64,000 bases of DNA from contig CM060733.1 of the NCBI GenBank assembly GCA_030704615.1, forward strand, positions 62,992,001 through 63,056,000. The letters run 5' to 3'. Below the pieces are notes generated by a model. The model saw only the letters and a program-made list of their open reading frames with translations. It searched no databases and had not been told where the DNA came from. The position numbers and the translations under genes are program-made. This DNA is from Takakia lepidozioides (Eukaryota; Plantae; Bryophyta). Numbering within the stretch: position 1 is the first letter of the stretch; the number at the start of each line of letters is the position of its first letter. Below are positions 51,917-64,000 of this stretch, piece after piece.

Positions 51917-53975
51917 GGGGGCTGCTATTTCATGAGCGGCATGAGCATGAGCGGGAAAAAAAAAAAACATGAGCGGACCATTGTGTGTCCACGAAAATAG
52001 GGTTACGAGACACGGAAATAGGGTCATGTGAAGTTGGGAATGTGGCGTCACTGGATTCGTCATAGCAATGAAATGCAACATTTTATAACAAATTTTGTGG
52101 CAAGCCACATCTATACAAGTGTGTCCTAACTGTCATAGCCGGAATGGGCACTACTCTCCCACATCCTCCGAGGAACTTGCCCCACCATCCCCCTCATCCC
52201 CCATATCCTCTGAGCTCTGAGATGCATCAGTTCCACTATGACTCTCAAAAATACCGTCCTCTCCTTGGGGGACTGTCCACCTCATCTCCTGGGAATCTTT
52301 TTGCCTCTTCTCCCCCACTTTCCTCAGCAGAATCTAAGACAAATCTACGAGCCTGGCGAGCTCTAATAGCTGCCCTCATCTTCATTTTCCTGAGGCTTGC
52401 CTCATCTAAAATCTGTTGTACAAGACTAGGTTCGGAAGACCTCCTAATGGACACCAAAGCAAGCCGGGCAGCATAAGTAGGAAGGATGTAGTCCCTTTTT
52501 GGACTCGGCATGAAATCCCCCCTGGCAAAAAAAGGCACGTTCCTCCTGCCCAAGAACTGCCGTGTAGACGTCCCTCCTGCAGTACTTGGCATCCTGCAGT
52601 AAGAACAAATCCACTTCAAGAATGTCAATACCAGTAGAAATAGAAAGGGTCTTTCAATGAAATAAGAGAGCGAAGGGAGGTGCCTCACGAAATCAGGAGG
52701 CAACTTACCACTCACTCGTAAACCGGGGGTTCCTCGGCCTCAATCCCAACTTGTACCTCCCCCTGCTCCTTCTCGGATTCTTCCTCATCCTCCGAGGATG
52801 TCTCTTCCTCTTTCGGCAAACATTCAGCCGCTGCAAGTTCCGAGTTGTGGAGGGTAGTATCTAGCTTGAAGGTGAAGACATGCCTGTCGGACAATGTCCC
52901 AGCCCACATTGAAGCATCTGAGAGACAAAGCGGGCGGTTAGTAGCATGCGACATGCAATTGTAATCGGGCCACGGGACATAATGTGGACGTGAAGGCTTA
53001 CCCGTGCCACATGTGAGGTCAAGAATCCACCCTTGGACATTGGAGCACGTCTCCATGAGGGCTCCGGGTCCGGCTGTATAGTTTGCCTGTCTTTGTGTCC
53101 TTTGGCATATTGGAGTGGGGCACATAGTTGTAGAGGACATCGTAGGTAAGAGGGTCCACAGAGGCATCAACAAGACGAACGGCCGCTGCGGAATTTGAAC
53201 GTAGACCCTCTCTTCACAAAACAATATGCCTCAAACACCAATGTCTGCACATCCAAGAAAAGAGGGATCAACTCCAAGCTTTAGTTTAGATACACCACGA
53301 TATGAAGTGAAGGCAATAGATTGATACACTCTGGCCCTCTGTTCGCAACCCCTGCGTGTTGATGCAGAACCTTTTTTGAGGAGGACCGGGGTGGCACTTT
53401 TCGGTATCCACCTTGCCACAACATTCTCTGTCGTCTTCCCCCTTGTGGCAAGGACCACCATACATCCACCGTCATCCAGGAGCATCCCCGCCAGCCCAAA
53501 CCCGGCTCTCCAATAGTCCTCAGTAAACTTGTTCCAGGTGGGCACACCATCCAAGCCCTCCAACAGCTCCCCATCTGGAATATCGAGGAGAATCATATCG
53601 CAGGCTCTCTCCACCAAACCCCCCCCCCCCCCCCCCCCCCCCCCGAGTGCTCGTACAATCCGTGTTGCAAGCCGTGAAGAATTCCATCATGGCTTTGAAA
53701 CCAGGGGTGTCTTTAGGCTTTGCAGCGGCAACCCTCTTCTTCACTTTCCCCTTGAGCTCCTCCAGAGACTTGGTGTGTGTGCCACTTTCCTTGCCCTGGC
53801 AGCCAGAGCGTCAAGGAAGCTCTTGTTGGCACATTGGATGAGTGTTGGGGGTTCTAACTTTGGCCTGTTGGGAAACGTCACCGCCGAATATCGTCGTGTA
53901 GGCTCGCCCTCAAATGCCAACTTCTTGGCAGAGCCAGTCCCACTCTGAACTGACTTGGGAACCCGGACTACCGGT
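51917..53975 (-). mobile_element. MULE left TIR plus cargo gene M3 (beta-class amino-MTase-like, degenerate)
   Basis: GGGGGCTGCTATTTCATGAGCGG at 51917; colinear with 37399-39390; CDMILLDIPDG and WILDLTCGT. Confidence 0.85.
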
Positions 53976-55428
53976 GAGCAGGGGGCAGAGACAGTGCACA
54001 ATGCATGGTTGCAATAGTCCGGGAAATGAGGTCGGGATTTGTATGTGCAACAACAGATGATCTCATACGTGCACTCCAACAACAAACCAGATATCGTGAC
54101 TTCTTGAGAGGAGGCGTTGGTGGGAAGGGTCTGGACAAACAAGAGTTGATGTTGCGTGCTGCAAGCAGATCAGGGGATCCAAGCAAGATAGCACGGGCAT
54201 TGGACATGTGTTCCAAAGGAATGCCTATTGTGTCTAGAGTTCCACATCTGGAAGGGGAGGAGAGATTCGGCTCCTGCAAGAGGAAATTGAACACCCTTCC
54301 TGGTTCGGATTCCGATTTGCACAAGGTAGACCGTGATAACTTCTCCACGTCTCATGTCCCTCTGCATGAGAGATATATATATCTGGAGCATCTTGGGGAA
54401 CCTGCGACAGGACGACAGACTCCAACATATAGCAACCCCATTGCAATGGTGCAAGAGATAAATTTGCTCCCTGATATTGTGGAGTCCATGTGCCCCGACC
54501 ACATTTGGCACATAGAGCGCAGAACTGCAGGGTCTCGTGTCAAATGTACGGCGATCAGGGCAACCAATTTTGAGAAATGCACTTCTTCATATCTAGAGGT
54601 GGTGCCCGCACTCCAGCTCCAACTTTCACTGGTTTGATGCGCCCGTATGGGCAGCCAGAAGCCAAGAACCACAAGTTCTGGTTCTGTGCAAATGATTGTG
54701 GGAGATGTGTGCATGGAACTGTGCGACCTTCCGTGGTGATGAAGCCAAGTCCACCAGCTGTTTGGCCCGTGAAGTTGGGAACAAATCTCACAAATCAGGA
54801 GATTGCAATGTTGGAAGAGGCAGGGTTTTCCCTTGCAAGACAACCCCATGTGCGTGCATCTGCTGAGTGTTCTGGGAGTACAAGGGTCCCTCCGCTAGAT
54901 GCTCATTTGTGGCCAACAAAATGGAATGGAAAACTTGTTCGGCGTTTCCCTCCAACTACAGAACACTTCGGCAAGGTGGAGTCCGCTAGAATGCTCCAAG
55001 CTCGTGTTTCCAGCACGACGGAGGTGCCCGATCCTGGGTATGGTCGGGTGTACACAATGATCACCTCGACATCTGCTGTTCACGATAGGGCGTACGACAT
55101 CACTGTTTCCAATTTCCCCAATTGCACCTGTCCTGATTTTGTTGGGATGCTATCAACTAGTTTGGGCAAGAGAGGTAAATTCGTACCCTACAAACATTTG
55201 TACTTCATCTTCATGAAGAGGATGGTTTGTGATCCCAAACATGACAACTTCATTCACCAGACGACAATGAGTTTCAACGAGATCAATATTCTTTTGCAAT
55301 GGGATACAAGCACATATGTAGATGACTTGCTGTTTCTGGAATGTGGTGAAAGTTCAATCCGGTATCGCAAATCTGCATTCAGGTTGGTTTTGACTGTGAG
55401 TATGCAAAGGGTGATATGTAATGTGTAG
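53976..55428 (+). pseudogene. 3' half of a divergent MULE transposase (SWIM reads CTCPDF...YKH)
   Basis: TTDDLIRALQQQTRYRDFLRG, APTFTG...FWFC, VWPV, GYGRVY, DNFIH are homologous to subfamily A but clearly diverged; frameshifted. Confidence 0.8.
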
Positions 55429-56199
55429 TTGGAACATTGTCACTATAAAACATTTCAATTCAATAGCAGCATTTGTGAGGTTGTTGAATGATATGGCATG
55501 CCTTCTCCCTCCATTATGCTTCCAATTGTATAATATGTGTGCTCTCTTTGGCAATTTTATGGAGCTCATGCATCATTGGTCCTGTGGATGTCTACATGTG
55601 CTTCTTTCCAATTTTCCAAATTGTCAATGTTATTTGGGGAGAGTCAGGGTGTTCCTATGTCGTCATATATGCCACTGAATTTGTGAGGTTAGTTTGTCGT
55701 CCTAGTAATTGCAATTGTCAAAATTACAGCATTAATTTCACTTATTCTGGAATGTACGCCACAGTTGTGGGCTTATTTCCCGTTTCGGATGTTTCATGGT
55801 AGTTGTCATGTTATTCACCAAACTATTGCCCAAGTTAATCCCACGGTCATAGGACCTTCGGGAATAGGCTCCTTATGTTTCCGCTAATGTGGCGGATGCT
55901 GACATGGTGCCACATCAGCACCCAACTCCATGTCAGCTTGCTGACATGAAGCTCACGCCACATCAGTAGGACTGTGGGCTCACGCCACCTCAGCAGCCGT
56001 GAGCGTACGCTCACGCCACGTCACCAATGTGTGAGCGTACGCTCATGCGCAAGGCTCACGCTGTTGCGTCGTTGGTCTATGAGTTGCCACAAAAGAACAT
56101 GCACTTACTCACATGAAAAATCCGAATCCACATCCAGAGCATCCGGCTCTTGCAGATCCTGCTCCTCCACAATCTTCTTAGTCTGGGTCAAATGCGAGG

Positions 56200-57851
56200 A
56201 TCCCTCAGAGAGTGGAGCGATGACCTAAGAGTAAAGCTCCTCGTCCCCCTCAAACCCAAAAAGATGTCTTCCTGCTTACTTGCAGGCATGGAACGAAGCC
56301 CCTGCAGGATAGCGAGTGAAAGCACAAAACCATGTCACAAGCCAAAACAGGAGAGGAACATGTGCAACAAAGAATGGAGAAGAGTTTCGACATGCACCTG
56401 TGCCCATGGAGAGGTCACCACTTTGCCACCATGCCGGCTGCATGTCTCAATGAAGGTCTGCATGAACGCGGGCGACTTTTCCGGGCACCTCTCCATGGAA
56501 TTCCTCCAGTCCTTTTCAGAGTCTGGGATGCATCCACATAGTTGTGAACAACATCAGTTTTGACTGGGTCGCATTCTGGGTCTATGTGCAGACCTCCTCC
56601 CCAAACGTCGAAATGCCCAACATAATCATGAGTGTTGGCAGGCCGAATTCGTGACAGGCAAATGGCCTTGAACACATGGGTCTGCACCAGCAACAATGGA
56701 AATATGTCAGCAACTATGGGTATTCAATGACAACACGGACAAAGACAATGAAAGTTACATGAAATACCTTCTGCCCTGGAAACTCCCCCTTCGACAGAGG
56801 CAGTGTATTAACACGTCCATATTTTGTTGATTTGGAACCCAGAGGACTTCATGTAATTGATGAAGAATCCGGCGGGATGCCATGTCGTCAGATTGAAATA
56901 TCAGAAGGCCCCCTGCGTCAGAGAGGAACTTGTTGCTGAAAGAGAATGCCCACTGCCAATACAGACGGTTTTGAGCATTCCATTGTGGAGTCACAGCAGG
57001 GGGAATGATATCAAGCACAGGTTGCCTATCCGGGATGTCAAGGATTACAAGGTCAGCGGCATAGGGCTGTTGGACACCGTTCACCCAACATGGATTCTTC
57101 GTCACCTGCCAAAAGCAATGCAAGCGAATCAAATTGGGTGGTTGGTGTACATTCAGGGAACTGGTAGTACAAAGAACTGCAAGATTAAGATGTCGTTGAC
57201 GACATCTGAATCCACCAAATCCAACACCCCACAATGTCATGAAATGGGAATCAAAGTTGAAAGATGCATGGGCATTACCAGGGTGAGGAAAGAGCAGAGA
57301 TGGTCCCATACAAGAGATTTGACCCCTGTGAATGTGGACTTCCTGGACTCCATCATACGCAGGAAGCTGACGTTTGCTGTTTTCCGCTGGAAGTGCGGAC
57401 CCACTACTCTGGAGACACAAACTTGGGCTTCGTAAGGTTGTTTCCTTGCCCTGTGGTTAGTCCTTTCATCAGCTGGGAGGGAAATCTGCTGGACCTCTGT
57501 ACGCACAATGCGATCATCTGCCTGTGGGCGATCAAGAACTGCCCCACCAGTCCCTGCAGGCCCTGACCCAGCATCAACGCCAGCCGCAGCACCGGCACAC
57601 CCACCTGCCTCCGCAGTCTGTTTCCCTTTGTTTTTCTTCTTCCCACCCGCGGGGGAGGCCGTCTTTGCTGTCTCTTTCTTACTCAGCTGCGCAAGGAACC
57701 TAGCCTGCAACTCCTCATCTGTCCGGGGTGCCAAGGCATCTGCATTCTCATTCTGATTCCTCAAGACGTTCTCCTCCCACGGAGTGGACTGCCGTGGGCA
57801 GTCGAGGTACCACCCGCAGTCACGGTAATGAGCCCGACCCCAGTCCTTCAC
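56200..57851 (-). pseudogene. Cargo gene M4 (divergent subfamily): beta-class amino-MTase-like, degenerate, 5'-truncated
   Basis: ADLVILDIPDR...YWQWAFSFSNKFLSDAGGLLIF; IDPECDPVKTDVVHNYV; across frameshifts EKSPAFMQTFIETCSRHGGKV-DLSMGT|GASFHACK*AGRHLFGFEGD. Same intron inside motif I. Confidence 0.72.
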
Positions 57852-57856
57852 AAATT

Positions 57857-58057
57857 AGATTAAGATGTCGTCAACGACACCTTAATCTGCTACAGTTGTA
57901 GGGTGTTTTTCGCATGTTTGGGGTTGAATGCAGAGGCATATTAAGATGTCGTCAACGCCACCTTAATCTCGTCAACGCCATCTTAATCTGCTGTAGTTGT
58001 AGGGTGTTTTCTCCCTTGTTTTATGTTGAATGCATTGGCAGATTAAAATGTTGTCAA
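57857..58057. repeat. Palindromes GATTAAGATGTCGT-CA-ACGCCATCTTAATC
   Basis: 3-4 copies; same family as 24960-26035. Confidence 0.8.
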
Positions 58058-58553
58058 TGTCAAGTTATTTTACCACTAGTGTGAAACTAGCTAGGAAATA
58101 GCTAGCTTTTACATATTGACATTTGGGATTGGCCCAAGTGTCAATCCAGGGATCAAGGCAGATTTAGGCCCTAGAGTGGTTACTTCACGGCAAGCACGGG
58201 GAGGCTCATCTTTCTCGAGTTGAGCCTCTCCGCGCCTAGCTATGGCGCCGTAGTGTGGATTCCCCATGGCGTGGGGTGCACTTGGCTTGACTTGTATTTG
58301 AGTGATGAGGTTATATATGCATGAGTTTATGCTTCAGCTTTGTGAGCTCGCATGAGCTTGTGCTTGTATTCTTCTTCTTTATCACTCGAGAAAGATTAGC
58401 TCGTATCTGTGAGTGCCAGATACGAGTTAGTTGTAGCACTTGTGGTTTTTGCTTGAGAATGAGAGAATCCAGGTTGTTATGCAAGGAGCACCGTGGAGCT
58501 CTTGGTTGTTAGAAGCGGAGGCGATGTGGGTTACGAGGTGGTGGACCTTGGCA
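58058..58553. mobile_element. Probable solo LTR (~496 bp)
   Basis: Ends TGTCAAG...CTTGGCA (inverted, one mismatch). Flanks GTCAA/TTCAA (TSD-like, 4 of 5 match). TATA-like sequence near 58312. Confidence 0.5.
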
Positions 58554-58639
58554 TTCAATCTTTAGCTTCAGAGATGAAAGCACCATGCTGCAAGTAATTC
58601 CAGAGCACCTTGATGGTTTCAGATTGTGTACTTGCATGA

Positions 58640-59535
58640 GCAAATTTGCAGACAAAAGTGTTTGCCGGTGGAGGGGCAGTCCCAGGCTGAAATGGATTTT
58701 CCACCAGACCCTCCCATTCGCTTTGATTATGAACCCCAGACTGAAGAAAGTGTCTGCAATTCAAATTATCACACCTAAGGTGTCCATTGCAAACTGTCCT
58801 CCTGAAAACAAGCTTGTCATCATTCTGAATATTGGATGTTTTTGTTCTGCACCACGGGTGCCCGTCGTGTTTCTTGTCCATTCCATGCATCATGATTGTT
58901 ACACCTCCAACTCGCGGAGGAGGAGGCAGCTCGAATAGGATATCGCCATCAAAAGTCTCCGGCAAGAACTTCACAGGCACCTGCTTCAAAGATTCCCAAT
59001 CAATTCCCCGCAACTCACTTTTGAATCCAACCATTCCTCCCATCGCCCGCAATTTTGGAATGACACTACAAATCTCTTCTTCATCAGCTTCTCCAACCAC
59101 AGTAGGAAGGACTGGATTTGGAATTTCACTTATGTCATCATCGGAAGAATCCGAAAGCTCAACGATTGGAGTGGAGGACGTCTATTCTTTTTTCACCACC
59201 ACCTCCCTCTTGTCTTCAACGACCGAAGCAGCAGTCCCGGGCGTCACATATGACCCAAGGGACTTTCGCCGAGGCTCTCCAAGTACTCTGTATCGACCAG
59301 GACGCACTCTCCACTGGCTGATATGAGCCGTCTCATCACGGTTTTGGAAAGAATATTTCAACAACTTCCCTTTAAGATCGTACACCTCTTTCTCCAAAAA
59401 GATGGAGCCATTCTGCAGCTGAAAACGGGTAGCCAAGATATGTTCCAGAACAATTGCAAATCCATTGTCAAGGACTTCCTGGGAGAACGACACTGGTTTG
59501 TCGTCAGAGAAGAACTCCGCTTCAGAGGAAGCCAT
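58640..59535 (-). pseudogene. 5' part of a MULE transposase (subfamily D) including the GCM-like domain
   Basis: ATG at 59535. RFQLQNGSIFLEKE matches RYHLKPGSVFLEEE in subfamily A; KKHDGHPWCRTKTS...VCNGHLRC. One in-frame stop at 59182-59184; truncated after CKF. Confidence 0.82.
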
Positions 59536-60388
59536 CTTCCTTCCTCGCGTACGTTTGTACCTTGCTATCGTAGATCTAGTGTAAATCGGTTTACTGATGT
59601 CTCCAGAACACAGTTGAAGAATGAGCAGAGAATATGGCGGAGGAAGCTCAGATAACGACTGTGCATATTATGTTATTCTTTCCAGATATGCAGCCGTCCA
59701 TTTTAATTACTTTTCTTGTGGGCCCAGTGGCCAGAGTATCCCTAGGTACAGTGTCGGCAGCTGTAAAACCGTTAACCAGAACCTCGTCAATAAACCCAAA
59801 AACAAAGCCGACTTCCTGGAAGCATGCCACAGGATCTGAGAATGGGATTGCAGATTAAGTAAATGTATCTATATACTACTACCAATGATCATGCGCACCT
59901 GGAAAGTTCCAAATGTGAAACGAATGTGGGGTTTGGCTAACAAGGATGACCGTGTATGATATTCCAAGATTTGTCATCAAACTCTCGTTCATTTACATTT
60001 ATTTGTGTAAGACTGCGCCAAAATTTCTGGGATTCGCTGTTATTTTTAAATATTGAAACCGTTCTAATAAAGAACACGCCGTTTTTTTTGGGCGACACAC
60101 ATCAGACACCCATAACTGAATACGAACAGCTGTACACCAATTGCTGGCATGTGCACTAATAAGGGAACGACTATGTGTAACGGTCACGCGGGAGGGAATC
60201 CGATGCTTCTAGAGACACGCAAGAACGCAGGCAATCCCGCAAGAAATCGGGAGTCACTGCGTTTTCTACTTTTCGCGCTTAGAGGGAGAGTGGTAGTCAA
60301 GCTGGAGAGGGTTCCTTCTAGAATACGGAAGAGAAGAAAGTCTCTTTATTTTACTTCCCTTAGAGAGAGACGCAGAGCAAGAGAGAAA

Positions 60389-63300
60389 ATGACGAGGCGT
60401 CGTTTGTTGGAGAACACAGGGCCAAGGCAGCAGGTGAACGCGGAGACTGATTCACAAGAGCAGACGGAGACTGAGGCAGCGGCTGTGACACAGTCGGCGA
60501 TAAGAGTGCGCCAGCCTATGGAGGCAGAGATGATTCGCAGGGACACTGAAGGAGGTGGAAGCACGCGGAACGCCGAACCGGGAGAAGGTCAAGAAACCCT
60601 AGCGCAGACAGAAATTCCAGCAGATGTGAGAGGGAAGAGGAAAGCTGCAGAAGGGGATCAAATTTCAAAACCTAAGAAGGTGCCAGTAAGTTTTATCTAA
60701 CTTACATTTCATTGTTGAAGATATGCGTAGAGATTGAGTGGAATGTCCCAGACAGGGATTGTCGCTACCGACCATCACAAAGGTGATTTGCTTTCTACTC
60801 CTCTGCGAAGGGTTTACCGCACAATGAGTTGGTGACTATCGGTACAGTCATTCACTGGTGTTCAGATCATACCGTCTGTCTGCTTGCCTTTCAAGGAGTC
60901 CTTCCTCTTCCCTTCTTTAGCAGGAAGTACTGAATTGCGAGCGTCGTTAACGCCATTCGATTCTCCTCAAGAGATTTATGTATCTATGTGTTTGAAGAGA
61001 GAGTCTGCACTTACTATCCGCCCTAAACTACACTGAATGTCGTTGCCGCCAATCAGTTGCACATGTATGTCATTACACAACACCGATCCGGCAGGTCGTT
61101 ATCTTTTGTGATTGTCGTTAACGCCGTTTGCTATCGCTCTCGCTTTTGTTTTGAATACGGCAGTATCAGCTTTGCTTGTGTAGATTGTGCTGAATTCTTT
61201 CACACCATTCATGGTGAGTTTCCTTGAGACAGAGTGATGGTCGTTACCGCCATTCACTATTTGCAAATCACTAAGTCAGAACTGAATGGCATCGTGCAGA
61301 AAACTGTGAGGTCCAAGCCTACAGGATCAGAGGGGAAAGGATCTGGAGATGGGGACGAGTCCGCAAAAAGCTCAGAGAATACAGATGAAGCAGATGAATC
61401 TGAAGTGCACTACCTTGACAAGGTGAAAGAACTCATGTCATTCCAGAAGGTAAACTCTCAGGAGGTTATAAGGGACATGCTCGTATCTGGAGGGCATCTG
61501 GACATACCTCTGGGCCGGATGATATCAATGCCTGTTGTGCGTCCACCTCTTTCCCATGACATAACAAAATTGGAGAGTGATTTTGTGCATGGATATAGAC
61601 TTGGTGCACAAGTTTTTTATGTGTCACTGACGGATATAAATGGGAAAAGCACATTAGTGTCTCCAGAGATCAGTGATAACTGGGATGAGTGCTGGAAAGA
61701 TGCCAATGAGGAGTTCGAGTTGGGCCTCATGATGGGAAAGAACACCCAGCAATTCTGCAACCACATGTTCTACGTCTGGGACGGCAACCACCGATTGCTG
61801 GCATGGATGGGATACATTCAGAAACACCATGCGAAAGACAAAGACAAGCATGTTGCTGTGGCGGCAATGGTTTTGGATCCTGGAAACGACATCGCTAGGC
61901 TTCTTACAGCTATGCACGACGTGAACAAGTAAGTCATCCAGGAGATTTCATTCCCTCTGTAGTGTCTTATTAATCCTCAAAAAACAGTGTTAAGGAATGC
62001 AATGTTTCCAATGTTTTCGCAGATCGACAGAGAAATCGCATGTGACAACAAGCTTGGTTCACACACTATTCCGAATTCAGAGGATTGGTCTGATGAAGCT
62101 GGATGATTTTCGGACAGTACTACCACCCAATATCATCAAGAAGTGCGAAACAGGAAGAGCTGCAGGCACTTGGTATTCTTTGACACGAGAGGCGTTTCTG
62201 GAGTACATGTATGCGGTAAGCCCGAGTCTGTACTCTGTTTACTTTTCGAATACATGTTTGTAGTCCCTTCGGAGCTAATCACTACTTGAATCAATGCAGC
62301 AAGAACTGGCAGAGGCAGCTGAGAAGGGAAAATCCGAATATTACCGCACTACACCAGAAGAACTAAGGACATCAAAGGTTGTGGAAGCTGCAATAAAGAA
62401 GGAGTTTGAAATGCGAAGAACCAAATTGATGTCCGCCTTCGGAAAGCAGCTTAGAATAGTAGATCCTGGACTTGGTCCTGAGTTCCTTCAGCAGATCAAA
62501 ACACACTGTGACAAGCATGTGCATCCGGAGATGCAGCAGGAGAAATTGCACCGGCTGGCCATATCGATGGTCGACCCACAAACAAAAATAAGGTGGCTGG
62601 AGATATGGAACTCAGATCAAACAGTAAAGGACTTGAATCAGTTCCCAAAGAGCACCATACAGCCTGGCACAAAGGTGGAAGGAATCAGTGATTTGGTGTT
62701 TGATAACTGGCTCCACAAGGCTACATTTTGGAGTCAGGTGTGTATTCAAACATGCTGTTTTCTTCTCTTCAAGTATGTGATGAGTATCTTATTTGCAATT
62801 CTGACAAATATACTATTTGCAGCTCGAAAAGCGCGCCGTCATTGTGCTGGAACAGACTTTGAAGGACTTGAACATTTCGATTGTTTCCCCTCCCCAAATG
62901 TCATTGGAGGCATACATAAGGAAGTGGAGAGGTCTCACCTGGAGATACTGTTTTTTCCGGGAGTTCTCCAAAGATGGTAACATTTTACGGTCCAACGACT
63001 TTGACAGTCAGGTTGGAGGAGAGTGGGCCATGATGCGAGTTGTGTACAGGTGCAATGTCATACTTGAAACTCTACTGTTTTTTTGGGAAAAAATGTGGCT
63101 TCATATGGATTGCAATCTTAGATCCAAATTGAATGTCGTTGACGACATTCACTTCTTTGTCTGAGTCATTCTTAAGCGAGTATATGAATTCACCTGGTTA
63201 GGATCTAAGGGTGCAATTATAGTGTCCCTGATTAGAATTGATAATGTCCTTGAATGGCGTTGACGACATTCACATACGGAGTTGTTGCGAGGTCCTCAGA

Positions 63301-64000
63301 GTTATGTAAATTTTTGTAATGTCCATAGAGGTTACAGTGAGGGTTCCTCACTTCATTTTGCTGAATGTCAATGCAGACATTCAGTTGTTCTGCATTGTTT
63401 TTGCCTCTTGCGAGGAATCTGGAGGCTTGATAAGCTCTGTTATGAGAAATCCAAAGTGAATGTCGTTGACAACATTCACTGCTGTGTCTGTATTATTCAA
63501 CAGCGACAAATTGAATTTACATGGATTGGGAGCTAAGTAATTGGTTTCTTTTTGGTATTTTTGTGAATGGCGTTGACGCCATTCACATACAGTGATGTTG
63601 TGAGGTCCTCAGTGATATGTTCGTTATGAATGTGCATTGAGTTTTCCTGGAGGGTTCCTTACTCGATTTTTTGATTTCCATCCTGTGATTTTGCTTCATT
63701 TAAGTAATAATTTGGCTTCATTAGTGAATGTCGTTGACGACATTCACTTCTATGTCTGTGTCATTCCTAAACGATAATTTGCATTCACCTGGATTAGGGT
63801 GTATTTACAGTATCATTGAATGAAATGTTTTGAATGGCGTTGACGACATTCATATCTGGAGCAGTAGTGTGGTCCTGAAAGGTCCTTGGAGCAGTTCTCA
63901 GAGCCATTTCAATCTATGTTTTTTTCATTCTGTTCTACTTGCATCTTACTCACTGAGCGCTTTTGTGGGTAGGGATTTATCTCCTTTTTTCAGGTACACG
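60389..64000 (+). CDS. ParB/sulfiredoxin-like domain protein, multi-exon, running off the window, head-to-head with a MULE transposase
   Basis: Phase-consistent open exons 60389-60685, 61300-61928, 62023-62215, 62300-62737, 62823-~63048; next acceptor at 63993. HLDIPLGRMISMPVVRP...ITKLESDFVHGY...FYV...FYVWDGNHRLLAW matches the ParB/Srx 'R...L..s...G...DGxHRxxA' signature. Confidence 0.72.
63128..63852. repeat. Intronic palindromes TGAATGTCGT-TG-ACGACATTCA
   Basis: Six copies near 63130, 63251, 63457, 63565, 63725 and 63831, in a ~300-330 bp higher-order repeat. Degenerate cores also in intron 1 (60940-61260). Confidence 0.85.

Noticed and set aside
63128-63852. Palindromic repeats with spacers (also 24960-26035, 39460-41150, 46615-47367) as CRISPR arrays
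   Set aside because: Spacers are irregular and repeat among themselves, no cas genes are present, and the context is eukaryotic introns and transposons.

Overview
Repeat-rich nuclear DNA from a land plant, probably a non-seed plant that edits organellar RNA: it has spliceosomal introns and a moss-like PLS-PPR-DYW remnant. There is one intact host gene, a 10-exon GPI-anchored GDPD-like (GDPDL/SHV3-type) gene at 14827-22570. The rest is nested transposons: a truncated Ty3/Gypsy element with an Athila/Tat-like extra ORF, two inverted copies of a chromodomain-bearing Gypsy element, and many Mutator-like (MULE) DNA transposons with GCM-like, DDE and SWIM transposases. One MULE is complete at its ends (37399-45888; TIRs plus the 8-bp TSD CTTGCTCC). 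Main finding: these MULEs carry a second, intron-containing, divergently oriented cargo gene whose product has the motif order of a prokaryote-type beta-class DNA amino-methyltransferase (N6A/N4C). All four copies read DIPD in place of the catalytic DPPY/SPPY. A related MULE has an apparently intact ParB/sulfiredoxin-like gene head-to-head with its transposase, possibly the 5' half of the same cargo gene. Each MULE subfamily also has its own array of CG-containing palindromes. Together this suggests, by inference, a transposon-encoded DNA modification or anti-silencing module. All calls come from reading motifs by eye; no database search was run.
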